DNA of 63,863 nt, counting the filler, from Choristocarpus tenellus KU-1152 (taxonomy: Eukaryota > Protista > Phaeophyceae): the NCBI GenBank assembly GCA_964200185.2. It is 11 parts of 11 records of this genome, joined end to end, with 100 filler letters (N's around TTAATTAATTAA, not from the genome) between each part and the next. Parts side by side here need not be neighbours in the genome. Positions count along the whole stretch, not along the records: positions 34,863 to 43,575 come from CAXNAD020004418.1; positions 43,676 to 49,487 come from CAXNAD020009695.1; positions 49,588 to 54,542 come from CAXNAD020012393.1; 8 more parts are not named here. The stretch is one strand, 5' to 3'. Shown here piece after piece: positions 37,690 to 50,502 of this stretch; position 1 is the first letter of the stretch, and each line of letters begins with the position of its first letter. Position numbers and translations under genes: made by a program. The notes under the pieces are model-generated. The model made no database searches, was not told the origin of the DNA, and was given only the letters and a program-made list of their open reading frames with translations.

Positions 37690-40634
37690 ATGGCTACCTC
37701 TGTTGCCGATGCTTCGGTTATATCTATGCCTAACGTTGTTAAGCAAGGCACCTTTGTCACGTTAGCTTATGTGGAGCTGTTTTTCATTTTCATTGTAGGA
37801 CAATCAATAGCAAAGGCACAACTCCAGTCTTTCTACCGTTCCAAGGGAGAAAAGGTATGAGAGAGAAAATGCTCAAGTGCTCAGCATAAGCTGTCCTGAA
37901 TTGGTTGGAACGTGGACCTCTACTGGATCCTCCTTCATTGGTAAAAAGAGCAGATCGAAACCATATTGTTGTGTTTCCACAGGAATTCCCCATTTTGTTG
38001 GCGTGACTATGAGCAGATGCTTCGTTATTATAACTCGAAAGACAAGAAAATGGTTGGCTGGGACCGTGTGGTCGGAAATATGTGCGAACAGTCGATGCCC
38101 TTCCTCACCCTCTTCTGGATCAACATAGCTCTCGAGTACCTCACATTGGAGTCTGCGGGTTCTGCTGTGACGGCAGGATGGTGCTATGTGGCATTCAGAG
38201 CAATATACCCGGTGAGAACATCCACATTCGCGCCTATGTTTACTAGAGCGACTCCCTCGTGCACTTAGCAACGTACTGTAGTTCTACAACCCATCGGCAA
38301 GGATTAGGAGTCATAGCCCAGATCCCGACAACACACTACACCGTGCATTATATTAGGTGCTCTGGTTCAGCGGTGGAGGTGGACTGGGTGGCCCGCGAAG
38401 CAAGATTGTCTTCTGCACTCTACCCATGTAAGCCCAGTGAAATCGTGCAAAATTCGCATCACGTCACTATACCCCCAAAAGAACTGGTTAGCGCAATGCG
38501 TTGTTGTACAGAAAAACTCGTGTCCACCATGTCTACCTCCGTTCAGCCCTGGTATGCAAGAACTTGACGCCCACAATAAACCTTGATGTTTTCGACCAGA
38601 AGAATCTCTACCGATAACCTCCATTTCAGTTTAGAGTGTTGGAGGTCGCTCTTGTGAGAGTGCACCTACCACGTTGAGTAGAATGTGAGTTGATTGTCTT
38701 GAGTTGACACTCTGTGATACAGCTAAACAGCAAGTAAAAAGCGGATGAGAGTATACGATCAATGCAGGATCAGATCCCCCACACTTTAGGTATGAATCAA
38801 CACTCAGCATTGTTGTAGATGAGAAGATCCTCCACTCTTGTGTTTTATCAGCACAAGAGCTTGCTTTCTGAGTGCTTCAGCTTCCAAGAGAAAGCACTGT
38901 TACATCATCGGCAAGATTGCTGTTTACCTTGAGTGCATCTAATCTATGCGAGAGAATCTGACCAAGTGATACTATGTGCAGCATTGATGAGTAAGTAGGT
39001 TGCTGTCCTCCAACAAGTCCCTAGCACTTCCCCTTACACATGTTACGCGCATTTACCAAAAGTTCAGTTGAAGTGTATGGCCATCAATCTTCCCTTAACC
39101 GTGCCTAATTTACTTCTTCCGCCATGCCAATATAGCCTGTGGTAATGGCATGAAGCATTACAATTTTTAATATAAATTTTCGGTACTGTAAGGTTAGGGT
39201 TAGGGTTAGGGTTAGGCGGAAATTTGTTGAAAGGTTTCTTGAATTATGGGGAGGGGCCAAGTCTGTGCTGTTTTCAAGAAAAAATGGGACCTAGTTAATC
39301 GGCTGACTGATTGGTTGATTATCACATTAGTATGTTGCAGTAATGCTCGAAAGAGGGAAAAAAACTATTGGCACGTATTGCCAAGGAAAGGAGGTGACAT
39401 ACAGTATACGCAAACCCATGGTTAGAAAGGCAATGTGCAAAAAAGAGGGGGAAATGACATAGGACCTACGCTCCAAAACGAAATTAGATCCCTGAGTCAA
39501 GTCCATGGAGATGATAGAATAATAGACAGGAAGAAAAAGACAACTCACAGTGGCGATATCACCATTTTATATTCGATGCCCTGTACTTATTTGTGCTCCA
39601 AAGTGTGTACATACGACCCTTACACGGTGGGGATTCCAGCATTTGTAGATTCGATGCTCAATGTTCCAGGGCACCAGTTTTCCCTGAGAACATTTAAGTA
39701 AAGTGCTTACACTTGCTAGATACAACATACTACTATTATCAACACCAAGAAGAGGGTCTTAGGTCGGACCAAGAAATCCCTCATTCCCTTTCCCCTCGAA
39801 AGGAGAATAGGAGAAGAAGCTCAGCAGGCATTGTCAGACACGGCTGGTGCTATAGAGTGACGGCTGTGACCTCTTTGACCCCAGCAATTCACCTGGCGCC
39901 CATGAAGAATTTTTGCTCCAACATGCACACAACTACACCACCTGTTTGAGTCTTCTGGAAGAGAAACTTACTGGTCAGCCGTGATATCAAAAGTTTTAGG
40001 TTGCGTGATGCAGCATCTTCCTTGTGCTGGCTTTCCTTACACCTTCCCTACCTTTGCGTCCTGCCCTTTTTTCAATTTTTGTGCTTGTATCAGGGAAGTT
40101 ACAAAGCATATATGTATATATTTAGGGGAATTTTCTTCTGTAGTTTGGCGGTGTGGAGCTCAATACTTGATGGTATTGGTAGATGTAAACAAAGTATACT
40201 GTAATGTATTTTGAGGTTTAATGATGGGTTCTTTCATTTGAAGTTTTTTTGTCGGGTAGGTATAATGTTTGTTAACTGATATTGTAAGAATAAATTTTAC
40301 TATGTGTTTTTCCTGTGCAAGAGAATTTTTCTGGTGTGCTTCAATTATTGCCTTTAGTCCTCTCCAGTACCATTCACCACCATGTTCTCCAGCATGCATG
40401 CGTCATGGCCTAATGCGCCTCAGGTACTTGCACAGCAGGTGTAGTAGAATGATACCAAACATACCTTTTCATGCCTTTGGAATAGTTTGTGTATCCCATT
40501 TTTTTGCTTTGCCTGTTTTTAGTCGCTTCCCTCTCCTTGAGTTTGTTCTTTCCCCCTTCCCTCCTTCCTTTTGGCCTAGGTACTCTATAATCGCCTTCCT
40601 GGCTTACAAGGCATTCAGCTCTGTGCATCTGTGA
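37690..40634 (+). CDS. MAPEG-family integral membrane protein, complete, 161 aa; exons 37690-37854, 38017-38211, 38357-38427, 40580-40634
   Basis: ATG to TGA over 486 nt with canonical, phase-compatible GT-AG introns. It has four hydrophobic segments and the motifs DRVVGNMCEQSMPFLTLFW and GWCYVAFRAIYPVLW, typical of MAPEG. Confidence 0.85.
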
Positions 40635-41649
40635 TAGTCATGAAGTGTAAACGACTACTTGGTAGAGTCAGTGCTTAGCTGAAGAGGCCTTGGCAGTCTA
40701 AAGCATATAAGCAGCAATTGCCACCTGCCACCACGGGGAGCGGGAAGGTTATGCAGGGGATCATGGGCATTAATTTGATGTGGATATTATTCACAGTCAA
40801 GGGTGTGGATGGTATGATGATATCCTTTGCATTGTAACCCCTGTATTCACTTCCAGCTCTGAGCATTGTATGTCTTAATGGCTACACTAAGCCATATTCG
40901 AGTTGTGAGTTTCACTGTTCAAAGTTGCTCCATAGACGCTTTTTTGTTGTTGAACATTAGTGAACCCAAGAAAGATCCACAGTAGAAGTTGTACATGAAC
41001 TATGAAAATATTTTTTCCTTGAATATGCCATCTCATGAGCGAATATGAGGCAATACCACAAAGATGGTCGTAAGTGTAGGTTTTTCATTTTTATACATTG
41101 GATCAACGCTATGTATGTAGTGGTTTGCTAGAAGGATTCCTGGGAGATAAGGAGAGTATGAGGTGACATTGGGAGGGATGTAAGTAGTGCTTGGGATTGT
41201 GCTGACCCCGCAGCTTGAGAATAGAAACAAACTATAGCTTAGCTGATGGGGGAAAGATGCTGATTTCCCCCCTCCTGATTGTCAGAAGTGGGTGACACTC
41301 TGAGTCGTGTTAAAGGATAGTGAATGAGGCATTAAAGTTCACTTGCTTGGTGTTGGTGAGTGCCATTTCTAAAAATTGCCTGGAGCAGAAGTAAAATTTC
41401 TGAACGGAATGGGGAAAGAAGATGTTGTTCACCTCTCTTGAAGATCACTCCACAATGACCTCAACAACTTCCAGTACTGCTGTAGCATGTGCCTCCAACA
41501 TCTAGGAAAGGAAAAGTCTAGATCGTATAAGAGTTGCGCTTTTAAAAACCATATCTTCCACTAAATACTAGAAGAAGTCTGCCTGTTGGCTTGTTCTTCA
41601 TCAATAGGAAGGATAAATTCATTTTTTCTGATGAATGCGAATGGTTGCA

Positions 41650-41905
41650 GAGTCAAAGTATCTTAGAGGGTAGAGTCGTGTCCATTTGGGGGCCAAAATC
41701 CAATGTTGCAATTTGATTTAATTTTGGCTATCATGTTTGTTAGGAGATGTCAATATCCTTGTTCCAGACACTCCTTTTCATAACGTAGACATTTTACTTC
41801 TCCCAAACCTTTTGGAGTAGGTAAAATGTCATAAAAAATCGAGGGAAGCCAAGCCCCAAAAGGACAAACAGGGCAAAACTCGCACCCTCTAAGATACTTT
41901 CACTC
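41650..41905 (-). mobile_element. MITE family A, full length, TSD TGCA
   Basis: GAGTCAAAGTATCTTAGAGGGT...ACCCTCTAAGATACTTTCACTC, flanked by TGCA on both sides. Confidence 0.92.
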
Positions 41906-42321
41906 TGCACTGGAAAGGGGGGTGAAGGAGGGGGGTATCATGATACCAGGACTCTTAGGGTGTATGAAGGAGATGTGTTGAATGTTACTGGTGACCGCCT
42001 GTTTATGTTTGCACCCATGAATGGTCTTGGACTCGTCACAACACATTTCTCGTTGCACCAAAGGGGAAAGGGCCCCATATATACTCGAGTCATCAAAGGG
42101 AAACGGGGTTCCTTGCTTTGACTACATCCTTACACGTCAAGCTGATCGCCACCTCCTTTGGAACATGAGGGGTACATACATTTTGCCAAAGGATCAGATC
42201 ACCATATAGTCTCGGTATCTGTCTGTCTCCTTGATCGTTTTACTCCCAATGGCAACAAAGATGTGACTGGATTCCAAGGGACGTACACTTATCAGCCGAC
42301 AAGCCCTGATGCCACACCACA

Positions 42322-42545
42322 GGATCAAAGTATCTGGGGGGGGGGTGCCGGAGTCCGTTCTTGACTCTGGCTCAAAGTATCTGGGGGGAGTGGCGGCTGT
42401 CTATTTGGGGCCAATTTTTTATGTCGCGATATTTGGGTGATTTGGTTCCATACGTTGGATGGAGAATGAAAGTGCACACGTTTCCTGGTTTTGGTCCAAA
42501 TGGACACTCTGGTGTAGACCCCCCCCCCACAGATACTTTGGGTTC
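42322..42545. mobile_element. MITE family C left end (42322-42368) followed by a full family B copy (42369-42545)
   Basis: Two consecutive TCAAAGTATCT(G)n TIRs; the B interior matches 32676 and 63440. Confidence 0.85.
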
Positions 42546-42689
42546 ACACTTAAGGTCTGAACTAGTGATTATGAATGTTAGCAAAATTCCCAAAGATAGA
42601 GCTGATGTACTGTCTTTGTCAACAACATGGCATCTTCATTCACAATCGTTTCTTGGACGCTACCACAAAGTCCCTTCACCACCTTCATT

Positions 42690-43575
42690 GAGAGTGCTGT
42701 GTAGGGGGTGGTGTGCAAGTGACTAAGCTCATGCAAAACTCATTGAACTCTGGGAGGAACGGGAAAGGGCGTTGAATCAACTCCGCACAGACCCCCAAAA
42801 TACCAATATCAAGAATGTGTTGACTGACAAACAGCTCGATCAAATGGGTGAGGGTGTGTCGGCCTTGCAGGAGGTTCTCGACGCCTACAGCAGGAAGATG
42901 GAAACTCTTATCCACTGTGGGGATGAAGTTGGTTGCTACTAACTCCAGAGAGTCTTCTATGTCGAGGGAACCAGAGAGAGTGCCTCTCAGCACATCCGTC
43001 ACTACTCTGGATGGCTGGTGAGAAAGAGCAAGGACTCATTTCAAGGAAAGGTGGAAGTGGTACTTTATAGTGCTCCTCAATGACGAATCAGTCAACCTCA
43101 ACCCTTGCAGTGTAAAAGCCCTACAACAACGTTCCACATGCATTTTTCTCATTGACGCATAAGCACTCGTGAAAGTGGGCAAAGCACTTCGCGCAATGGG
43201 AAATGAGATAGCTACTGGACCCGATAATTTTCTAGTTGAGCTCCTGTTGGAGGGCGTGGCTATCTTCCAGGGTTTTATGATAATTGTGTTGTCTGCATGG
43301 AAATAGAGAGTTGTGCCACACTTCTGGATAGATGCGATTATCACCATGCTCTATAAGAAGGACTTCGCTGGTTGTGACAACTGCTACTCTTATTGGTGGC
43401 ATATGCTGGCAAAGTCCTCCTCAAAGTTATTGCATGGCGGCTGAAGGAATACCTAGAACGGGAGAACATCCTTCATGTAGAACAATGTGGTTTGTTCGAC
43501 CCTGATGCTCCACAGTGGACATGATGTACACCGCAATTGCCCCCCAAGAGCTCGACCAGGAAAAGCAGGTACCCC
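42690..43575 (+). mobile_element. Decayed RTE-clade LINE fragment (linker and RT N-terminus)
   Basis: Motifs ATGPDNFLVELL, VPHFWIDAIITMLYKK..CDN and AGKVLLKVIAWRLKEYLERENILHVEQCG; cut by the contig end. Confidence 0.8.
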
Positions 43576-43675
43576 NNNNNNNNNNNNNNNNNNNNNNNNN
43601 NNNNNNNNNNNNNNNNNNNTTAATTAATTAANNNNNNNNNNNNNNNNNNNNNNNNNNNNNNNNNNNNNNNNNNNN
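43576..43675. other. Artificial contig linker
   Basis: N44-TTAATTAATTAA-N44. Confidence 0.98.
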
Positions 43676-43750
43676 GGGGTGTGGTGGAGAGAGGTGCCCT
43701 TCCGTCTTTGTTGGCCACCCCCCCCCCCCCCCCCCCAGATACTTTGGGTC
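43676..43750. mobile_element. MITE B-type TIR end at contig start
   Basis: (C)nAGATACTTTGGGTC. Confidence 0.65.
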
Positions 43751-46700
43751 TGCTGACATTGCAGAATAAGTAGCAAAGAAACGCCTGAAGTACTCCAAGA
43801 GCTTCCAGGTCAACGTTTGCCCCCACAGTATTCAAATTCAACCAGGAACCTGCTAATGCGTGCATCCTCTCCTCTGTTATCGGTAGGATCTTAATTCAAC
43901 TCACCCAGTCTCTGCACATAGCCCAGGCATTTCAGGATGCCCAAACCAGACAGACCCTTAACAAGAGTTCCACCTCAAACGTTTTCTTTACCCAATTCAA
44001 CAGAATCACAACCGAAGACCACATATCCTAACGAGTGCTGCGTATAGATGCATATTTCGAACTCGTCAGCCGGTAGATTAATGTTTATACACCTCCTATT
44101 GGAATTCACTTGAACACTTCCATGGGCTAAGGATTTCCCTCCTAAGTTTTTACATTACTGAGAACCTTGTCGTATCCCGTTCCCCCTGATTGACAGAGAC
44201 AGCCTGCAAAACTCCACTCTTGCCCATATGGATGTAGATGATGAACTGATAATACACGAATAGCAGCAGACATGGTTACCCCTCAGAAAGCTCCACTCCG
44301 CTCACCAACTTTATTTATCGATTTCATTTCTGGCATGAGTTTCCCTAGCCTGTAGAGCATTACGTGTGGCGGCTTATAAGTTGCGCTTTCTCGTAGCTGC
44401 AGCCATGAGGAACCTTACCTCATCTATGCTTGGCCTTCAGCTTGTTTTGCTTCGTCTCCTCGCCTGTAAGGACCTCTGCGGTCAGATTTCTTGACCTTTT
44501 GGTTCTCTTTTTTGCCAATATGAAACTGCTTTCTTGGGATATTGATAGCTCGAGATTAATTTTGAGTCTAGAGAATCGACACAGACAGCAGACCGTTGAT
44601 CCTCAGCAAGACTATCTCATTACAAGGTGCAAGGCTGATTTGTGCAGCCCTCCACGAACATTCCTTTTACATGACAGGATATATCGTCCTCCCCGAAGGC
44701 TCTGTAGGTTTTGGTGGCACTGTGTTTCTTTCAACTCACTGCTATTGCCTCAGCCACTCCGGACTCTAGTTCATGCACCCTCTTCTTAGGAGCGAGTGGT
44801 TCTCAGTTTGCAGGATTAAAAAAGAAAGATATTGGTCAGGGAGGGAGGATGTCGTACAACAAGCGCTCCATAACTTACCTCAAACCTGTAGGCTGATGGT
44901 GAGGCGCAAAAATAGCACATTTAACTAATCGATAGTCTGATAACCAACGAAAATGACGGTTATCAGATGAATAGATGAAGGTATATTTGTTCTCAAGGTA
45001 AGTGTATGGCATTTATACTGGGACCAGTAGAGGTTAGGGAAAGCCACAATCGCAGTCTGAAAGGGTGGAGTTTTCAGAAGCCGTGATACAACTGAATACT
45101 GTTACAATATTCTTACGCTGGAGATTTTATACTGTAACGGTACTAAATCGTGCAATCCTTTTGGGTTGTCTGCGCGCATACTTACTGCTCGCAACGGTTA
45201 GAGTGCGAGAAGCAATACAAACGCTATTCGCCTATAACAGATGTTTACGGACTAGGTATGTTGAAATAACCTTTATATAATTAGTAGACGAAGTGCAGTT
45301 TGTTGTGAAGGCTACATAAAGCTGATTGATGGATCTGCAACACACGCGCGCAAACTTGCTGCAATGACGTCATCCCAACTCCTTAAAGCGTCTGAGGTGG
45401 TGAAGGTATGTCCTTCATGCACATACTACTTGATTTTGTACGTATATTGTGCAATATAGTTTGGAAGACGATGGGAGGGATGCTGTAGTAGCAAAATCTG
45501 GAGTAGATCAACGTTGGTGATTTTGAGTGCGAACACCTCCTCTTGAATGATCCCTTCCGTTGGTTGATGGAAATGTTAAAACATAGGCTACTCATTTGAT
45601 TTGTCTTTATACAATACAGTATCAACAGTTCATACTGAAGGTTTGTTTGTACATTGTGCTGGTCGTTATCTCTACTTACTTCATTGGTTCATCATCACAA
45701 TATCATCAATTACCTTTGGGACATCACAGCACATAGGAAGCATCAGAACAGTCGCTACCTATCACACATATAGGCATAATATGTGTTACACCAGTTCCCT
45801 CAGGTTTTGATTTTAGTTTATCTTCTTGTTTCTTCCTTGTTTTCACTTCCTTCTTCTTCACACCAGAAGTCGTCAGTTGTGTATCGCGCGGTGATTATTA
45901 TTTTCTTGGCTGGCATTGCCCCCTCATAAGACATCAGCATACACTCTGCACTACTACGTGTGCCTGATACAAACCAGGATGTAATATAATTAGAGTTAAA
46001 ACCATCCTCAGAAATCCTTCTCAGCCAAGGCAACAAGCCTCTCCACCGAGCATGCGTTTCTTCATTTGAGCGTCTTAATGAATGACCACACTTTTACGTC
46101 AACCATCATCTGACTGAGCAAAACATGCCGTCAGATCCACCAGATCAAACTTACCGATGCTTTTTTGCACTATGACACCCTTCGCCACAAGCTAGCCACA
46201 GCACGACCCAAGCATGACGCATACGAACTCAGGTTTCAACAGGAATATGGAGAGGAGAGTCCTTATATTCGGTCTTGAAGTGTGAAAGTGACAGAGTGGG
46301 TAAGGCTACCACTACTTACTACTACAATGATAGCTACAAACAAAATGTTCAGAAAATGAAATAAGGGAGTTTGCGCAAGAAACAGGGGCAGATGCAGTTT
46401 CCTAGGCATTCTAAAACATGATGTTTTTAAAGGCGTCCTCCGCAACCTTCATGGGTGGGCGTACACTCACTTCATACAATGGTGCCTATACTACCGAGGG
46501 ATGAAATCTCATTGATGATAGAGACGTTTCAATACGACATAGCAGGTCATCTTCATCTATCAAACTGTATCAACTACCATATGGAAAGCCTCTCTGTTTT
46601 GACCAGTGCTAGGGTTGTGTTGACGGACTGCTGGCAATGACATGACGAACATGTTCTACTCTTTCTCGAAGAACTGAATGGTGACCATCCTGCACTCTAA

Positions 46701-47155
46701 TTCATCCTGTGGAAGAAAATTTCATCGACTGGGTGCGCCCAACGTCACAGTTAGTAGTGTATTTTTGCGTCTTCACCATTGATTGTTGTGACTGGTGATA
46801 ATATAGCTCAACCTACTATGATTAGTACTACTGTCGTTGTCATGGGACCTAATGAAGAATTGGGTTGTACACACCCGTATTGAGGACTACCATGTTGGTT
46901 GCTTAAGGTTGTCCTTTTCTAACCTGCACATATTCATGGCGTATTGCTTTTTATAGCTTTGCCTTACTTACGCATACGTTCATCCAGACGACGAGGCAAG
47001 GCGTTTTCCGCGCGCAATTTGCTTCAATAGGCTGGAAAAGAACAAAAATCGGGGGGTTCCACACCGTGGGAGGCGTTTAAAACGTGTGATGCGTCAAGAA
47101 TTGTCTTGCCATAAGCTGACTTTCTTACCCTTATCTTCAATGTAGGGACTAGAAT

Positions 47156-47590
47156 AGCATCTTTGTTTAAGGAAGGGTTGCATCAAAGTAAAATCCCGAG
47201 AATGGCAGAGAAGAGGTTGGGACCTGGTTTGTTCTCCATGGATGGTGTTGATTAGAACTTTCACGGCACCTTCTTTTTATTAATCGGATGGGCTACGAAA
47301 TCAGCATCTTTGGTGAGGAAGGGTTGCATAAAATAAATCCTTAGAACGGTAGGGAAGAGGTTAGGACCTGGTTCGTTCTCCATGAATGTTGTGGTTAGAA
47401 CTCTCACCGTACCTCTTTTCACTAATCAGATGGACTATGAAGTTAACATCTTTGGTTGGGGAAGGGCTACATAACATAAAATCCTGAGAACAACAGGGAA
47501 GAGACTGAAACCTGGTTCATTCTACATGAATGGAGTTGATTAGAATTTTCACCAAATATTTTTTATTATTTGGACGGACTTTTGAGGTAC
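47156..47590. repeat. Diverged tandem repeat, three units of ~143-147 bp
   Basis: Units begin at ~47156, 47303 and 47445 and share CATCTTTG..GGAAGGG..GAAGAG..ACCTGGTT..TTAGAA. Confidence 0.85.
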
Positions 47591-48309
47591 TTAACCCTCA
47601 CCCAAAAGGCACCTCCATAATCAGTCGGATTCATCGAACAAGCTGTGGAGAAAGTTATTATCAACTTCATCAATGGAGATTGTACCAGATTCCGAAGAGG
47701 TGAAGGAGACGATATAAAAGAAAAGTGCGTATTGTCTTCATTAAGAAATTTATTTACGAAATTAGGTGGGTTGCAATATATTGAAATAGATTATAGAAAG
47801 ATATGAAAGCCAACTTCTAAGGTATACCTTTAAGGTGACCCATATTGAAGGATCTTTCGTTCATATGATATCTGTGCTTGCATGTTGAAGTTAACATCTA
47901 CTTGAAGCGAATAGCGGGTGGTTTGAGGGGACCTTGCATACCCCCCTCATTCACTTTTCCACTTGTTCACTCTTTCCTGAGTATCTTCTGAGGGATTACT
48001 CTCCCTCTTACCTTGTCTCTCTCCATTTTCTTGCCTCCTGCGGGTCTTCCTTCTCCCCTTCAGTCTAAAGAACCTGTCGTCCTGTTTCCATCTGTTTTAC
48101 AGAGGTAATGACGGCAATCATTCTGAAGTGGGAGAGTACTCTAACGGTACTTTTGGGCAAACTCTTGGTATATTGCCTGTACTTTGAGCAGCACACTTGC
48201 CCTATACACACAAAGATAATGAACCTGACGAACACCTGCTACCAGCGTTCCATGACCAAGATCCTCTGGCATTTGATGAGGTTATTCTAGAAGATGGAAG
48301 GAAACTTCT

Positions 48310-48571
48310 GAACCAAAGTATCTTAGAGGGTAGAGCCGCGTCCATTCGGAGGTTCCAATTCCAATGTTGCGGTTTGATGTAATTTTGGCTATCGTGTATG
48401 TTTGGAAGTGTCAATATCTATGTTTCGGACACACCTTTCATAATGTATACATTTATCTTACCCACTCCGAAACATTTTGGGGTAGGTAAATATAATAAAA
48501 TACCCGTGGGAAGCCAAGCGCCAAACAGACAAACAGGGCAAAACTCGTGCCCTCTAAGATAACTTTCACAT
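48310..48571 (-). mobile_element. MITE family A, TSD TTCT
   Basis: GAACCAAAGTATCTTAGAGGG...CCCTCTAAGATAACTTTCACAT, flanked by TTCT. Confidence 0.9.
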
Positions 48572-49487
48572 TTCTTCACAAATCATCTGGAAATCTTTGT
48601 GGATACATATTTCGGGGTGGTTGACATCAACGTGTTGACCAGCAATTGATTGCAGCGGATAATCACCCGCTCAGTCAACAACTCTTACCATTAACACCTC
48701 CTCTTGCCCAGAATGTACATGTTCTGTCAATATCTGTACAGATGCCTTTGTTAACACCACTGGTGCCGCCGTCAATACCACTGGCGCCATCGTCAACCAC
48801 ATCAACTGGGGACCTGAGCCTCAATCTGATAAATTCCGAGCTGAAGGCAGCCGTTGAGGAAAAACGTCCTCCAAATATGGACCATATTCAGAACTTTACA
48901 GAAACGAGAGACATGACAAACGTAAGGCAATCAATACTTATTGTCCCCACTACTGCTTTTCCGAAAATGTCGTTAGCAAACTTCCCAAAAGATAGGCGTC
49001 TTCCCTCTACTACAACTGATGTACCGACTCTTCTGCAAGTTTCCGTATGCATGTCACACTTCAACCCCACGATTCACAATGTGATCATCAATCGACCATT
49101 GATCGGGCTTATACGACCTATTTGCCTCTGATTTTATATTCAAGTGCCAGCATGCTATATTTTCAGAGTATGTAAGTCAAAGTTGAATGGCGTTCCCCTG
49201 CCCAATTGCGTACTATTGAAATGCAGAACAATTCACCAATCCTATTCCCATTGTTGCTCCTAAATTATGGGATCATTATGTATTGTTTTTATCAACACAT
49301 TTAGTCACGCAAACGCGATGGGAGACTGAGGAAGACAGTGGGCTAATATTTCCCAAGAATCCGATGAAACCCTCGAAGCATATGCCCTATGTATTCGACG
49401 TCTTCTTGGTAGATTTACCTTAGATGCTGATCGTTCATCTACAGATTCTGTGACCATAAATATATATCGATGACCAATCGTATTTGG

Positions 49488-49587
49488 NNNNNNNNNNNNN
49501 NNNNNNNNNNNNNNNNNNNNNNNNNNNNNNNTTAATTAATTAANNNNNNNNNNNNNNNNNNNNNNNNNNNNNNNNNNNNNNNNNNNN
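49488..49587. other. Artificial contig linker
   Basis: N44-TTAATTAATTAA-N44. Confidence 0.98.
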
Positions 49588-49646
49588 TTCCGTTTTTTTT
49601 TGGTTTTAAAAAGTAAAAAAAAAAAAAGGTTTTTTTCCCCAAACCG

Positions 49647-49682
<36 letters not shown>

Positions 49683-49696
49683 AGATACTTTGACCC
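49588..49696 (+). mobile_element. MITE family C right end (low-quality sequence at contig start)
   Basis: (C)nAGATACTTTGACCC. Confidence 0.65.
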
Positions 49697-50250
49697 ACTT
49701 CCCAGGATAAATATTGCTTGCCTTTGTATTTCCAAGTGTCTAGACCTCTAGTTCTTCTACATGCGTTCTTTATCTTTTCTTTTTCTCGGTAGGAATGCCT
49801 TGCTGCTGCTAATTATGGTCTGGCATTCCATGATTTATGGACCACCTTGCTTTAAAATAGGAGTGATATTACCAGCAATAATAGCATAGAAAGCAGACAA
49901 GGTATCTGCACAACTACTTGTTCTGTTGTGTGTTCTATCTCTTCCCCCAGAGACAATTGAAATAATAGTAGGTCATAAAATATTTTTGTGACCTTCGTTA
50001 AACCCTATTCTCATCTCTGCCAATGTTGATGAAAGATCATTTACCTAAAGAGACCAAAATAAGTCCTCATCACCCAGTTACTTACACTGTTGTTGGCATT
50101 TTCGCAGCAACAGTAGTGTGCAGTGAGGCACCCCTCCAGCCCCGAATCAATATGTTGAAACGAGACTGCTCTGCTCTCCATACTGCTTCAATGCCAGGGT
50201 TACTAACTGAGCCTGCAAATCTTCTGCAGTGCCCCAAAGTACAAAGTATT

Positions 50251-50502
50251 AAGTCAAGTCAATCGAGAGGTAGGCAGGTTGGACGCATTTGCATTCGAAG
50301 CCATCTTTCTTACTGTGTGCAATGCACCCTGTTTCATTGTCTTATGTGCACAATAGGGTACGCAAAATTGATATTCCCCGTTTCCACATACAATGTGAAA
50401 CCACAATTCAACAAAGACTCTTTCTGCAATTGTACAAAATCCCATGTTCATGGCCTTGATTCTATAAATGCAATCCTGCCTACTTCTTAGCTGGTTTAAC
50501 TC
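50251..50502 (-). mobile_element. MITE family D
   Basis: Reverse-complement homology to 12777 and 24218; TIRs AAGTCAAGTCAATCGAGAGGTAGGCAGG...CCTGCCTACTTCTTAGCTGGTTTAACTC. Confidence 0.7.

Noticed and set aside
23350-40634. Kinase, RBR ligase and MAPEG as a functional gene cluster
   Set aside because: They lie on different contigs joined artificially, so their adjacency carries no information.
44400-44800. Possible pogo-like transposase C-terminal remnant on the minus strand (KRSRNLTAEVLTGEE)
   Set aside because: No catalytic motif or TIR is visible, and the similarity is too weak.
48108-48414. Short ORFs recurring in similar form at 21664-22042, 28470, 35003, 42361 and 63354
   Set aside because: They are chance translations of MITE A/B copies, not a gene family.
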